DNA of 63,901 nt, filler included, from Octopus bimaculoides (GCF_001194135.2; 6 parts of 6 records of this genome joined end to end with filler, not necessarily neighbours in it), one strand, 5' to 3'. Positions 1 to 11,646 are shown, counted from the whole stretch's first letter. The notes: a model not told the origin generated them from the sequence alone. A program made the numbers and translations.

Positions 1-143
1 ATGATAAATGTCATGACTTCATTCAAATATTTGTCATATTACTCGTCAATGTCAGCGAACGTAGTATGAACCACTTAAACGACAACGAATTTTTATGGAG
101 ACACACTCCAGAAATATCTATCTATCTATCTATCTACACATGC

Positions 144-186
<43 letters not shown>

Positions 187-632
187 TAAATGTGTGTATG
201 TATCTGTATGTCTGTCTTTTGTCTATTTGCCTCTCTATACATACATATACACAAACACACACGCACACACACACACTCACTCACACACACATTGTACAGG
301 ATAATTTTACGCTTCTATGTAATGAATATTTACCTTTGACGTTTAGGAAAGTATGTGGTCATATCTAACTCATCGTATATGTATGTATGTATGCATATAC
401 ATATATATGAGAAAAAAGAGATAGATAGATAGACACTTGCACACATACATTTCCTTATTATTTTTGTCAATCTATTATCGAGGAAACCTAATAAATATTG
501 ATGATGAGAGAATGTGAACTTTGCTAGTTTCAAACCGGTATCTTTTAAAGGAATGTCCTTCACCTTTCTTTATTTCCATGACAATGTCTACAACGGAAGA
601 TGAAACTCGTCAGTTTTTTTCGAGTTCGTAAT

Positions 633-994
633 GTGTGTGTTGGCACTCCGTCGCTTACGACGTCGAGGGTTCCAGTTGATCCGATCATCGGAACAGCCTG
701 CTCGTGAAATTAACGTGCAAGTGGCTGAGCACTCCATAGACACGTGTACCCTTAACGTAGATTTCGGGGATATTCAGTGTGACACAGAGTGTGACAAGGC
801 TGACCCTTTGAATTACAGGCACAACAGAAACCGGAGAGAAAGTTGTGGTGAAAGAGTACAGCAGGGTTCGCCACCATTCCCTGACGGAGCCTAGTGGAGC
901 TTTAGGTGTTTTCGCTCAATAAACACTCACACCGCCCGGTCTGGGAATCGAAACCGCGAGTTCTCTACCCTAACCACTGGGCCATTGCGCCTCC
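633..994 (-). mobile_element. tRNA-derived SINE (family b), near full length, with 16-bp TSD
   Basis: Minus strand begins GGAGGCGCAATGGCCCAGTGG (A box) ... GGTTTCGATTCC (B box). TTTTCGAGTTCGTAAT is repeated at 617-632 and 997-1012. Homologous copies lie at 2046-2446 and 17022-17352. Confidence 0.9.
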
Positions 995-1039
995 TATTTT
1001 CGAGTTCGTAATATTATTGGAAGAAGAGAAATCTGACTG

Positions 1040-1570
1040 CTATTTACGTCTGGGAAATTGGCAAGATTGTTATAGCGTCGATTAAAATGTCTCCAACTAT
1101 TTGTTCTAACGTTTTGCGTTTTGGGTTCGAATTCTGCCGAGGATCTTTTCGGGATCGATAAGAGCCAGTCGTGTACTGGAATGAATGGTATGTACCAAAC
1201 ACCCAACCCTCTAATAGTTCTGCCATTCCAAGGGTCATGGATTGGCGGAACTATAAGCATGCCGGACTGAATACTTGGCGATATTTGTTTCGGATCTGCA
1301 GCCGACGTTTATGATAGACTTAATCCGCCATAAAGTCTGCTTGCTGATAGAGCCGTTAGTGCGTCGGACAAAATATTTGGCAGCATTTCTTTCGACTCTT
1401 TATGTCCGGAGTTCAAATTCCGCCGAGATCAACTTTATCTTTCATCTCTTCGAGGTCGATAAAATAATGTACTTTCCAATTTCTGGGTGGTGGGTGGGTT
1501 TCTATATAATCGATTTGTCCTCCTCCATGCATTTTGTCCGGTGTGCCAACTCGCCGCCTTTGCCATTAAG
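1040..1570. mobile_element. Cluster of degenerate SINE fragments (family d)
   Basis: Contains the GAGTTCAAATTCCGCCGAG..ACTTT..CTTTCATC..TTCGAGGTCGATAAAATAA motif seen many times in the window. Boundaries are approximate. Confidence 0.7.
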
Positions 1571-2045
1571 AGACTGACTACATGGTCTGTCTCCATAGTC
1601 ACTAACAGAATTAGCTCAGAGATGGGAATATTCCAGGATGACAACTTGTCTTTAATGCTGTTCGTTCTGATAATGAGCAGCATGATCGCATATAAATGAT
1701 AAATAACAACTCAAAGCTGAATTTAGGTAATGTTAGACGGAGGATATACGACCAAACAATGAATATAGATATGAATGGTCTGTCCTGTCTCTATTGCCTT
1801 TTTCCTGCCACCAATGACGAATGTTGCAAGTGTCTCACAGTTGATAAGAAGGTTGCTTACGTTGGTGCTGTGTATAAAGTTACAGGGACAAAGGAATACT
1901 TCAATAGACATCAGGTGTATGGAAATGTGTGGAAATCAGAGCTGTTTTCAGTCAATAAAACTATATCTCGTAACGCGTTTGTAGTTCTAGTGTTAGTATC
2001 AGCCAGGGTCGGATTAAGATCCATAGAGTTACTAAGCACTTAGAA

Positions 2046-2446
2046 GGATCCGATCAACGGAACAACCTACTTGTGAGATTAACGTGCAAGTGTCTGAGTA
2101 CTCCACAGACACGTGTACCNNNNNNNNNNAACGGAACAACCTACTTGTGAGATTAACGTGCAAGTGTCTGAGTACTCCACAGACACGTGTACCCTTAAAG
2201 TAGTTCTCGGGGAGATTCAGTGTGACACAGAGTGTGACACAGAGTGTGACAAGGCTGGCCCTTTGAAATGCAGGTACAACAGCAATAGGAAGAAAGAGTG
2301 AGAGAAAGAGTGCAGCAAGGTTCGCTACCACACCCTGTCGGAGCCCCAGATGTTTTCGCTCAATAAACACTCCCGGTCTGGGAATCGAAACCGCGATCCT
2401 ACGACCGCGAGTTCGCTGTCCTTAACCACTGGGCCATTGCGTCTCC
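2046..2446 (-). mobile_element. tRNA-derived SINE (family b)
   Basis: Colinear with 633-994, with A/B boxes at 2380-2446. It contains a 64-nt artefactual duplication across the 10-N gap. Confidence 0.9.
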
Positions 2447-2762
2447 ACATATGTAAATAGCTCAAAATGTAAAGAAAAATAGTTCAAAATATAAACGATA
2501 ATAAACCATAAAATAAATTTTATTTTTCAAAAATGAAACAAAATTCACAGTAAGATGGAAAATAGTGTTTATCTTTGTATGCTTCCATTTTATTTATATT
2601 TGGAAAGTTTTCTCCTTCGTTTTTTTTTTTAATTGCAAAGTGTTCGATGATATCGTTAAAATTAATTTGACGTAAAACTTCTGCATCTATACTTAGAAAT
2701 ACGGCATTACGAATATTATTTTAGCAAGTTTAAAGCGATTTCTTTCGTGCCGTAAACCATTT

Positions 2763-3584
2763 TCATTTCTGTGGTGCCCTCGTCCTTTGATGCGCTAAGC
2801 ACGTGCTTATCTTGCTTAATGGGTTAATCCAGCGCTGGTACCAGCATCTGGGATAGCAGACTAAACACTTGGAAACAAGATGGGCGGTGAAGTAGTTCAC
2901 TAGCCCTCGTCTGGAGATGAACTGTCCTGTCGCAATTCCTTCCAAACGCGTCCTCCATACCGTTTCTTTCAACATGGTTATTACGCAGAAAAATGCTGCC
3001 TTCCTCTTTTTGGAAAAGTAGGAAGGCGGTACCGGTAATCTTCAAGTTTAGGGGGATAAAAAAAAAAAAAATTCAAGGGAAATAACTGAACGACTTACCC
3101 GTATTATCCGTTTTCTTCTAGCTGTTTATAAATAAATCACACCCTAACCCTAACCCTAACGTCAATCAAATCACGCGTGATTTATTTATAAACAGAGATG
3201 TACGGAGAATACTTGTAAGATGTTCAGTTACTTCCCTTGAATATTTTTATTTATTTTTTTTATCCCCCTAAACTTGAAGATTACCGGCGGTACCACCTTA
3301 ATCATGGACTCAGTCGAGAGTCGTACTCCTTCTGTATCCGACATCAGTTGTTCGGCATAGGTTATCAAATCACTCAGCTCCCCACAGTGAACGAAGGCGT
3401 GCGTCACCGTTTCACTGGCCCGCCCGCACCTCGGACATGTGGGGGAGGTGTCACAACCGTGTCTTGACAATCTTTCCCGAACCGGTAAAGTCGATCGGTA
3501 GCACAGCCAGGCCAAGGATTTCTGGTAGTTTGGATTACAAGTTAGTTGCCAACTAGAATAAAAATAAAATTTCCACGGTGTCAA
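2763..3584 (-). mobile_element. L1/Tx1-clade non-LTR retrotransposon ORF2 C-terminal fragment, split by a foldback insertion
   Basis: Translation shows the CCHC-type motif TCPRCGRASETVTHAFVHC. Removing the element at 3032-3287 plus one TSD copy gives one continuous frame ...SMIKVVPPSYFSKKRKAAFFCVITMLKETVWRTRLEG... to the stop at 2763. The clade call comes from motif recognition only. Confidence 0.8.
3032..3287. mobile_element. Foldback/MITE-like non-autonomous DNA transposon, 256 bp
   Basis: Perfect 27-bp terminal inverted repeats CCGGTAATCTTCAAGTTTAGGGGGATA; near-continuous arms 3032-3140 and 3177-3287; CGGTA duplicated at 3027-3031 and 3288-3292; (CCCTAA)3 at 3142-3159. Confidence 0.9.
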
Positions 3585-5140
3585 AAGGTCCTGGGGACAA
3601 AATGTCTGAGGCCAAAGATGAAATTAGCCACACAAAATTAGTGGGGCCAAAACGGTTGTGCGTAAACGTCTCGTGTTCTGTCCAGTGTGACAGAGGATAT
3701 CAACAACATTGAGAGGAATAGTAGATTCTCATACGCCTGTAATAGATACATATTACGCCTGTAATAGATACATATTACGCCACCTATGCTTTCGTTACTC
3801 AGGATAGGAAATAGTTCCTGATTACCTGTCAAAACGCAGTAAAATCTCTATTTTATGATAGGAAATGTAATGAAGGATATCATCCGTATTAGGTGCAGTT
3901 GTCAAAAAAATAATAATACTGCTTTCGTATAACACATGATATTGTGTGCACAAACTGTCTAGGATGTTGTCCACGGGAAGAGTGAAAAGGCACACCCAAA
4001 GACATATTCCGATAAAACTATTCCAATAAAAAACCAGCAGTCCAGTGTTACTGTAACAATACACTTGATATGAAAGAGGCAGCAAAAGGAATGCTGGACT
4101 ATCGTCACACTTCTGTGACCTCATCTTTTCCTTTCTTCTTTCTTGTTTGTCTGTCCTTATTAACGATCAGTCATTTTGTACTTTGTATTCCTATTGTATG
4201 TGTCTTTATTTGCTGATGCAAATTAACACCAAATATATAGTGCATGTGTTCTTATTGGCTAAACTGGCAACATGACCATCCCCAAATACAACAATATCTG
4301 TTTCAACACACGATTTCACATCAAGAATCTTGCAAAACGAATATATAAACGAATGCTGGATAAACTAACTCACAACCTAATTGATTTGCAGTATAGTGAA
4401 TATTTGCAGAACATTTGAGTTTACTGTAATATCGAGTGTTACCGAGAGCTTGCAGCTGATGTGAATGTTGCTTACGTCGGTGCTGTGTGTAAAGTTACAA
4501 GGACAAAGGCATACTTCAATAGATTTCCCGTATGCAAATATATGGAAATCCGCTTTTTGAGTTTTCTGTTTTGTATTAAACACGCAATTACATGTGTTTC
4601 TATAATATACACACGCATGCATAAACAGTATCCACACATATTCGTGTACTAAAGAGACATTTACAGCTATTATATGAGTGTAAGTATATACACATATACA
4701 CCTATATATATGTGCACACATTAACTCACTCACGTGTTCACAAATCCTTGAAACTTGATGAAAAACAAAAGGCTGCTTTGTCTCTCCATTAATGACTGTC
4801 TTACAGTCTGAAAAAAAATAAATCTCAATGAAAAACAAACAAGAATTAAAAGAAATGTGAGAAACTTCGTCATTAAAAGATAGTAACACGAAGAAAATTA
4901 ATTAACAAGAAATTCATTCAAAGTCAATTAGCGGACTACTAAGAGATGAAAGAACAATAAATGAAAAATTTCAAAAGCCACTTCTCAGGAAGGTATGAAT
5001 TTATAGAGGCAGGCACGACTGAATCGTTAGGAAGCTGATATTGCAAAGAGACGCCCAGTTGAATATAAATACAGTATACGCAATTGAGGCAGTATGAAAT
5101 TAAAATAGCCTCGAGTTACAGCGGTATGTGTCCTGAAACA

Positions 5141-5419
5141 TCTCTTATGGACGTGTTGTGTTTAAAACACAATTAATATTAGAGAGAAACAAAAATTCGT
5201 TTCAGCAACAACCAGCGAGAACACCAGATGTATTTCGGCTTTTTAGGAGCTTTTCAATTGCTGTTTTAATTTAATACTTCCTCAGTTACAGATACCCGAC
5301 TTCTATTCAGTCGGACAGCTATTCGTAATATGTGGTGTCCCTAGCTGGCCACTGCTGGGACCAATTTTCGCCTACCTGTGATATGTATTTTGTTTTAAAC
5401 ACAACACGCCCTCAAGAGA
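5141..5419. mobile_element. Candidate MITE bounded by ~29-bp imperfect inverted repeats
   Basis: TCTCTTATGGACGTGTTGTGTTTAAAACA (5141-5169) matches the reverse complement of 5391-5419 with about 3 mismatches. No TSD was identified. Confidence 0.4.
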
Positions 5420-5984
5420 GGCTATCTGTGAACAAATACCGAAGTATCAACAGTGTACATGCATTAAATATGATGCATAGATGATACTTTCTCTCTCTCT
5501 CTCTCTGTATACACACACACACAATTGAAAAAGTTGGTGTTAACAAGGAGTACACAGAAACATTTATTTAAAATCCCTACAATCATTACCGCGCAGCGTA
5601 GTTCTCCAGGTTTGCAGGTATATGGTTCTATAACAATTTCCCTGCATTATGAGATCTAGTTGTGTTTCCTCAGGTGATATATAGAAATGCTGTCTCCGTA
5701 AACTCAAATTCTCGGCAGTACTTATTGTACTACTACTGGATAGCACTGGGTGAAATCTGAAGGTGGACGAGATTTATAATGTACTCTACTACGTTCTTAA
5801 CAGAATACAACATAACTATACACACACGCGCGCAATAGAAAACGTTCAAATCAGGCAGACTACGATTAACACATACATATACGGGTTTAATTAGCATAAA
5901 ATAAGAATTGTATAATCTGAAACATATATACATATATTGGTATATTAAAACTATGGACATGTAGATATATAGATATGTAAACAT

Positions 5985-6033
<49 letters not shown>

Positions 6034-8446
6034 NNNNNNNNNNNNNNNNNNNNNNNNNNNNNNNNNNNNNNNNNNNNNNNNNNNNNNNNNNNNNNNNNNN
6101 NNNNNNNNNNNNNNNNNNNNNNNNNNNNNNNNNNNNNNNNNNNNNNNNNNNNNNNNNNNNNNNNNNNNNNNNNNNNNNNNNNNNNNNNNNNNNNNNNNNN
6201 NNNNNNNNNNNNNNNNNNNNNNNNNNNNNNNNNNNNNNNNNNNNNNNNNNNNNNNNNNNNNNNNNNNNNNNNNNNNNNNNNNNNNNNNNNNNNNNNNNNN
6301 NNNNNNNNNNNNNNNNNNNNNNNNNNNNNNNNNNNNNNNNNNNNNNNNNNNNNNNNNNNNNNNNNNNNNNNNNNNNNNNNNNNNNNNNNNNNNNNNNNNN
6401 NNNNNNNNNNNNNNNNNNNNNNNNNNNNNNNNNNNNNNNNNNNNNNNNNNNNNNNNNNNNNNNNNNNNNNNNNNNNNNNNNNNNNNNNNNNNNNNNNNNN
6501 NNNNNNNNNNNNNNNNNNNNNNNNNNNNNNNNNNNNNNNNNNNNNNNNNNNNNNNNNNNNNNNNNNNNNNNNNNNNNNNNNNNNNNATCGAGGGCCCCCT
6601 ACTTTAAGGCAAATATTAGTAAACGTTATTTATATATTAGGGAATCCCTTGCGATACTCAAGTCTTTTGGACCAAAAACCTTAAATAAGGTCACCGAGGT
6701 AATCCCCTTCTGCAACCATAAGTTTTCCTCCACCTTCTTGAAACTTTAGAGAAATAAAAATAAATTTAAAAGCAATAGATAATAACACGTGTAATAGTTT
6801 GCGTTAGGGTGATTTGAAACCTCGAAGATTGGTTTTGATACTACAGCCTGTTTGACTATTCTAAAATAGCAGGGGTTTTTTTTCTCTCAATCTTTCCAGT
6901 TTGCACTCTATTGTGTTTAGAATACAGTGGTGTACACCCCGAAATGGCCATAGGTATTGTACGTGGTTTTCGTGAAATTGATTTTACTGATTGATACCTG
7001 CTGGGTGCTGTAATTGTATTTTGACCCATGCGTTGTGAACCTTTTTGGACAGGGTGAACGGAATTAAATTTTACATGTTTTACCTGCTGAGTGTCTGTTA
7101 TTCACTCTTGGATATACATAACTGGTGCGGACTTGCCTATTGGTGTCTACTGGTATTGAGTTGTAAAATGTGCCCGAGGGAGATGAAGAACTTTGTGCTT
7201 TAACTCTAAATGGTGTTAAATCATTTCTGTCCTTGATTTTTAACCGATGGACTACTTTAAGGTACCCCATTTCTTTATTTTATTTTACTTTATTCTATAT
7301 CAACCTATATTATATTATATATTTGAAATTTTTATTCCTTTTATTCGTATTAATTTTAACTTCTATGAAATGATATTTATGTGTATTGTATTAGACCTTT
7401 AACTCAATTTTTTTCATTTGTGTGTTATCCGTTGAAACAATATATTCGTGTATAAAATTTTATACTATTTGTTCTATATTTCTTATTCCTTATGTTTGAC
7501 GGATTATGTTGTATATCTTATATATGTTCATTGAGGGGGTGTGATATGTTGAGTCGTTAACCCAGCGTTTTTATTCTATAACTAATATATATATATATAC
7601 ACATATATATAAGGTTAAGGAGGGTATTGGATTTAACCAAACCCGAAGATACAGGTAATACCGAGTAAGTGCTGTACACCAGCTAGTTATGCCCCAATCG
7701 TTGTATAAACAGGATTGGAGATTATAAGTCGTGTATTAGCGTGTGTATGTATAAATAGAGAAAAGGATAAAGAGAACAATGGCAAAGTTAGAAATATATT
7801 TTATGACTCTATCCATAAAATATATTTCTAACTTTGCCATTGTTCTCTTTATCNNNNNNNNNNNNNNNNNNNNNNNNNNNNNNNNNNNNNNNNNNNNNNN
7901 NNNNNNNNNNNNNNNNNNNNNNNNNNNNNNNNNNNNNNNNNNNNNNNNNNNNNNNNNNNNNNNNNNNNNNNNNNNNNNNNNNNNNNNNNNNNNNNNNNNN
8001 NNNNNNNNNNNNNNNNNNNNNNNNNNNNNNNNNNNNNNNNNNNNNNNNNNNNNNNNNNNNNNNNNNNNNNNNNNNNNNNNNNNNNNNNNNNNNNNNNNNN
8101 NNNNNNNNNNNNNNNNNNNNNNNNNNNNNNNNNNNNNNNNNNNNNNNNNNNNNNNNNNNNNNNNNNNNNNNNNNNNNNNNNNNNNNNNNNNNNNNNNNNN
8201 NNNNNNNNNNNNNNNNNNNNNNNNNNNNNNNNNNNNNNNNNNNNNNNNNNNNNNNNNNNNNNNNNNNNNNNNNNNNNNNNNNNNNNNNNNNNNNNNNNNN
8301 NNNNNNNNNNNNNNNNNNNNNNNNNNNNNNNNNNNNNNNNNNNNNNNNNNNNNNNNNNNNNNNNNNNNNNNNNNNNNNNNNNNNNNNNNNNNNNNNNNNN
8401 NNNNNNNNNNNNNNNNNNNNNNNNNNNNNNNNNNNNNNNNNNNNNN

Positions 8447-8479
<33 letters not shown>

Positions 8480-9009
8480 TATAATATTTGTCTTGTATAT
8501 CAATATATGCAACACATTCAAAATTCTTATTTTATCTTAATTAAATCCGTGTATGTATGTGTTAATCATAGTCTGTCTCATTTGAACTTTTTCTATCGTA
8601 TCTATTATACTTGTCTTGCGCCTCGAGTTTGACTGGAGCTCTTCTACGCTATGTTTTCCGAAATAAAATTATAATTATATGTGTGTGTGTGTGTGTGTAT
8701 GTATTTCTTTATGTATGTATGCATTTTTTCATATGCATGTACCTATGAGAGCACACACACATACAAACGCGAACGCACACACACAAACGCGCGCGCGCGC
8801 TCACATACACACACACACACATGTATATAATGTAGACAAGTCCGACTACTCCAACTACTACCGGGAGATAACTCTGACTTCGCCTGCTGGAAAAATTCAA
8901 GCAACAATTCTCCTGAACAGACTGGTGCGAAGCATTGCAGCAGAAAAATACTACTACTTCTATATCCCTATAATTTAATGTCAGAAAATTCCTTAGCAGA
9001 TATAAGCAC

Positions 9010-9760
9010 CTTTTTGCAGATGGCATTGTAAATCGTTTTAGCGACACATCGTGCCGCAGTACCGTAACGACATTTTCGGACAGTTGCTAATCACACGCGG
9101 TTGCACCTTGGGATTACAAGAGCATCACTGTCTCTCTTGTTCACCTGGTACTTTGTGGCAATCACCTGTTCCTGGATTGCAAACGCAAGGCCTTCAAAGT
9201 GTGATGTGATGTGAGGTAGTGGTCTTGTATCCAAGAGAGGCTGCGCTTCGTGTCAATTCTACTGCCTTCTTCAAGCTTCCAGGCAACATACCCGTGCATA
9301 GTCTTTTTTTTTTCTTTCTTGTATGCTGAATGCTTTCCATCCAGGTCTTCTCTGAGATAAGAGAGCCCAGCTATTTCGGGGCTGTATTGGAGATCATCAG
9401 GAAGAGAAATAAGCACCCTTTCGATGTAGACTGATAAAAATACACTAGATCGAAGTGGATGAACTTGCCATGCCTCTACTCTGGTTTGCCTCAAACGATG
9501 ACATAATTTCATTGGTATTACGCCAGAAGGAGAGACTGAATGCTCCTCTTATGTCATTGTTGATTTTTCTCAATATGCTTGCTTCCCAGCCCGATTTCCG
9601 ATGTGGCTGGGACAAGAATCCTAACAAATTCGCTTGTCCGAGTACCGTCTTAAATTCAAAAAGTGCCCTCATGATAGGAAAGTTCTCTTAGAAACCTAGT
9701 CCTCCTCCATTTGCTGACTAATGAACGGTAAATGTACATAAACTAACACTTTTCGGATAC
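9010..9760 (-). mobile_element. R4/Dong-like (restriction-like endonuclease) non-LTR retrotransposon remnant
   Basis: Frameshifted minus-strand motifs occur in the expected order: GGGLG (cf. GGRGL), KTMHGY..IDTKRSLSWI, FAIQEQVIATKY, ISNCPK, RHD, VAKTIYNAI. The upstream boundary is uncertain. Confidence 0.65.
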
Positions 9761-11094
9761 AACTAGGTTTTTTGTTATTTTTACCACCATGCTGATCAAG
9801 CTGACCGTACAACGCGATGAAGACTGCTATTTCTAATAAGTTGAACAACCACATTAGCTCGAAAAGTACCTGTACTATACTACGGTCAATTCCGTCGATA
9901 AATAGCTCCTCCCGATTTCCAAGGTCTTGTGCAGTGAGAGAGGAGGAGAGAAAGGTGAGGAAGAGAAGCGGACCAAATTGGAATGAATCAATTCCATGGT
10001 GCCATGTTCTTGTCTCCTGTTTAGAAAATTGTTCTCATTCCATATCCTCGGGGATGGGGAAAAGACATGAACGTCTTACATTCTCATTTCACTAATCTAC
10101 AACGTTGTTGTACTGGAAGACTTATGACTGGTTTATTGGGTAAAACAGTTAAAACATCTCTCGACTTCCAATTTATACAAAATAGAAAGAAAAAGGAGAG
10201 AGAGAAGAAGAAGAGGGGGGAGTCTATGATTTCTGCTGATTCTCCCCTACCGAAGCTCTTTAACTGCTACTGTGTGTCTTACACGAGCGGACGACGGAGC
10301 CTCTATGTGGTAGCATTAGAAACAGCAGCAAATGTCTTCCTTACTGTACTTTACCTACATTAGTAAAGAGATTATGTGCTATCCCCAGCTAGCAAGTCTG
10401 ATGAGTGGCCTATATTGCTAAGTGCAATAATAGACGTGAAACCAATGATAACTTTCTGACCGTCCATGACTAACGACTACGAAAAATATTACAACTAAAA
10501 AAAAAAATTTTAGAGTGTGCTTTTTTCGGACCGATGCATGACTGACTGATTACACGCACATACATACATACATACATCTTCTTTTATAGAAAAAGGCAAA
10601 AGCTGACTGTAGGACTTGAACCCACATCTCCTCCTCCGTGTGTGTACGTATGTATATATGTATATGCATGTGGAAGGCATGTGGTTTAGAGTTTCACGAT
10701 CGTGAGGTTGTGTGTTCAATTACCGGCGGTGCGTTGTATTGTTGAGCAAGACACTTTATTTCACAGTGTCTCAGTTCACGCAGCTGCCAAAAATGACCTG
10801 TACCTGTAATTCAAAGGCCCAGCAGGTACCCTCTACGTCTTAACCGATCGTGTGACAGTTTTAATGTATATAATATTATATGTTTGTGATCATAATTTTG
10901 CTTTTAATTATAACTCTGTGTGTGTGTGTGTGTTAATAACTATTTCAATGTAGGTATAAACTCAGCACTTTTGGCAGGGAGGTAGTATGTGCTACTATTC
11001 CTTTCACAGTATGCTTTTGTGACCTGGACGCCAATGTTTTCAAACTGACCTATTTTCGATTACACTTTAGACAGATTCAGCATTGAGTTGCTGA

Positions 11095-11470
11095 AGCAGA
11101 AATATCGTTATAGCAGATATTCTACTCAAAACCACAGATTTGCTTGTCACTTGCTTGACTTTAACCACTTGAGCATGTCCCTTAGTGACTGACAATATGT
11201 GCATCTCTGATGATGAGCAGGAGTAATGGGGGAACATCATAGCAATGTGTTGCGGTATTCTTTGGGGTTCACTTCAGATAGATTTAGCACTAAGGTGATG
11301 AAGAAGAAATATCGTTATAGCAAATATTCTACTCAATATCACAGATTTACTTGTCAGTTGCTTGATCTTAACCACTTCAGCATGTCCCTTAGTGGCTGAT
11401 GATATGTGCATCTCTGATCACAAGCAGAAGTAGCGGGGGAACATCATAGCCATGAGGTGAGAGGGATTCT
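11095..11470. repeat. Two tandem copies of interspersed repeat family f
   Basis: AAATATCGTTATAGCA.ATATTCTACTCAA...GAGCATGTCCCTTAG...CATCATAGC occurs twice. Homologues lie at 28155-28280 and 49875-50140. Confidence 0.8.
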
Positions 11471-11521
11471 TTGTAACAAAAGCAATGTTTGAAGGAAATA
11501 TTTGTCATTTTGCCAAATCTA

Positions 11522-11646
11522 CTCACAAAGCTTTGGTAGGCCTGAGGCTATAGTAGAAGACACTTGTCCGAGGTGTCATGTAGTGGGACTGAACCTGGGA
11601 CCATGTGGTTGGGAAGGAAGTTCCTTATCACACAGCCACGCCTGTA
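11522..11646 (-). mobile_element. tRNA-derived SINE family a (5' part)
   Basis: The reverse complement matches the head of the full copy at 23505-23905 (GGCTGTGTG..AAG..TTCCCAACCACATGGT.CCAGGTTCAGTCCCACT). Confidence 0.85.

Noticed and set aside
66-368. ORFs made of YI/HT/CV/MY dipeptide runs (here and at 14760-16048, 37560-38381, 43717-44583, 48018-49758 and others)
   Set aside because: They are translations of (TA)n, (CA)n and (TATG)n microsatellites, or read through N gaps; there is no coding signal.
633-994. tRNA-like A/B boxes here and in other SINE heads as tRNA genes
   Set aside because: They run into SINE bodies and tails and lack a complete cloverleaf.
2056-2193. Exact 64-nt direct repeat flanking a 10-N gap
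   Set aside because: This is the typical unmerged contig overlap. The other family b copies have the segment once.
3733-3779. 22-bp tandem duplication TACGCCTGTAATAGATACATAT
   Set aside because: A simple local slippage duplication with no further structure.
10398-10442. CTGATGA...hairpin...GAAAC resembling a hammerhead ribozyme core
   Set aside because: The base of stem II pairs poorly, and no stem III partner or NUH cleavage site with stem I pairing could be found.
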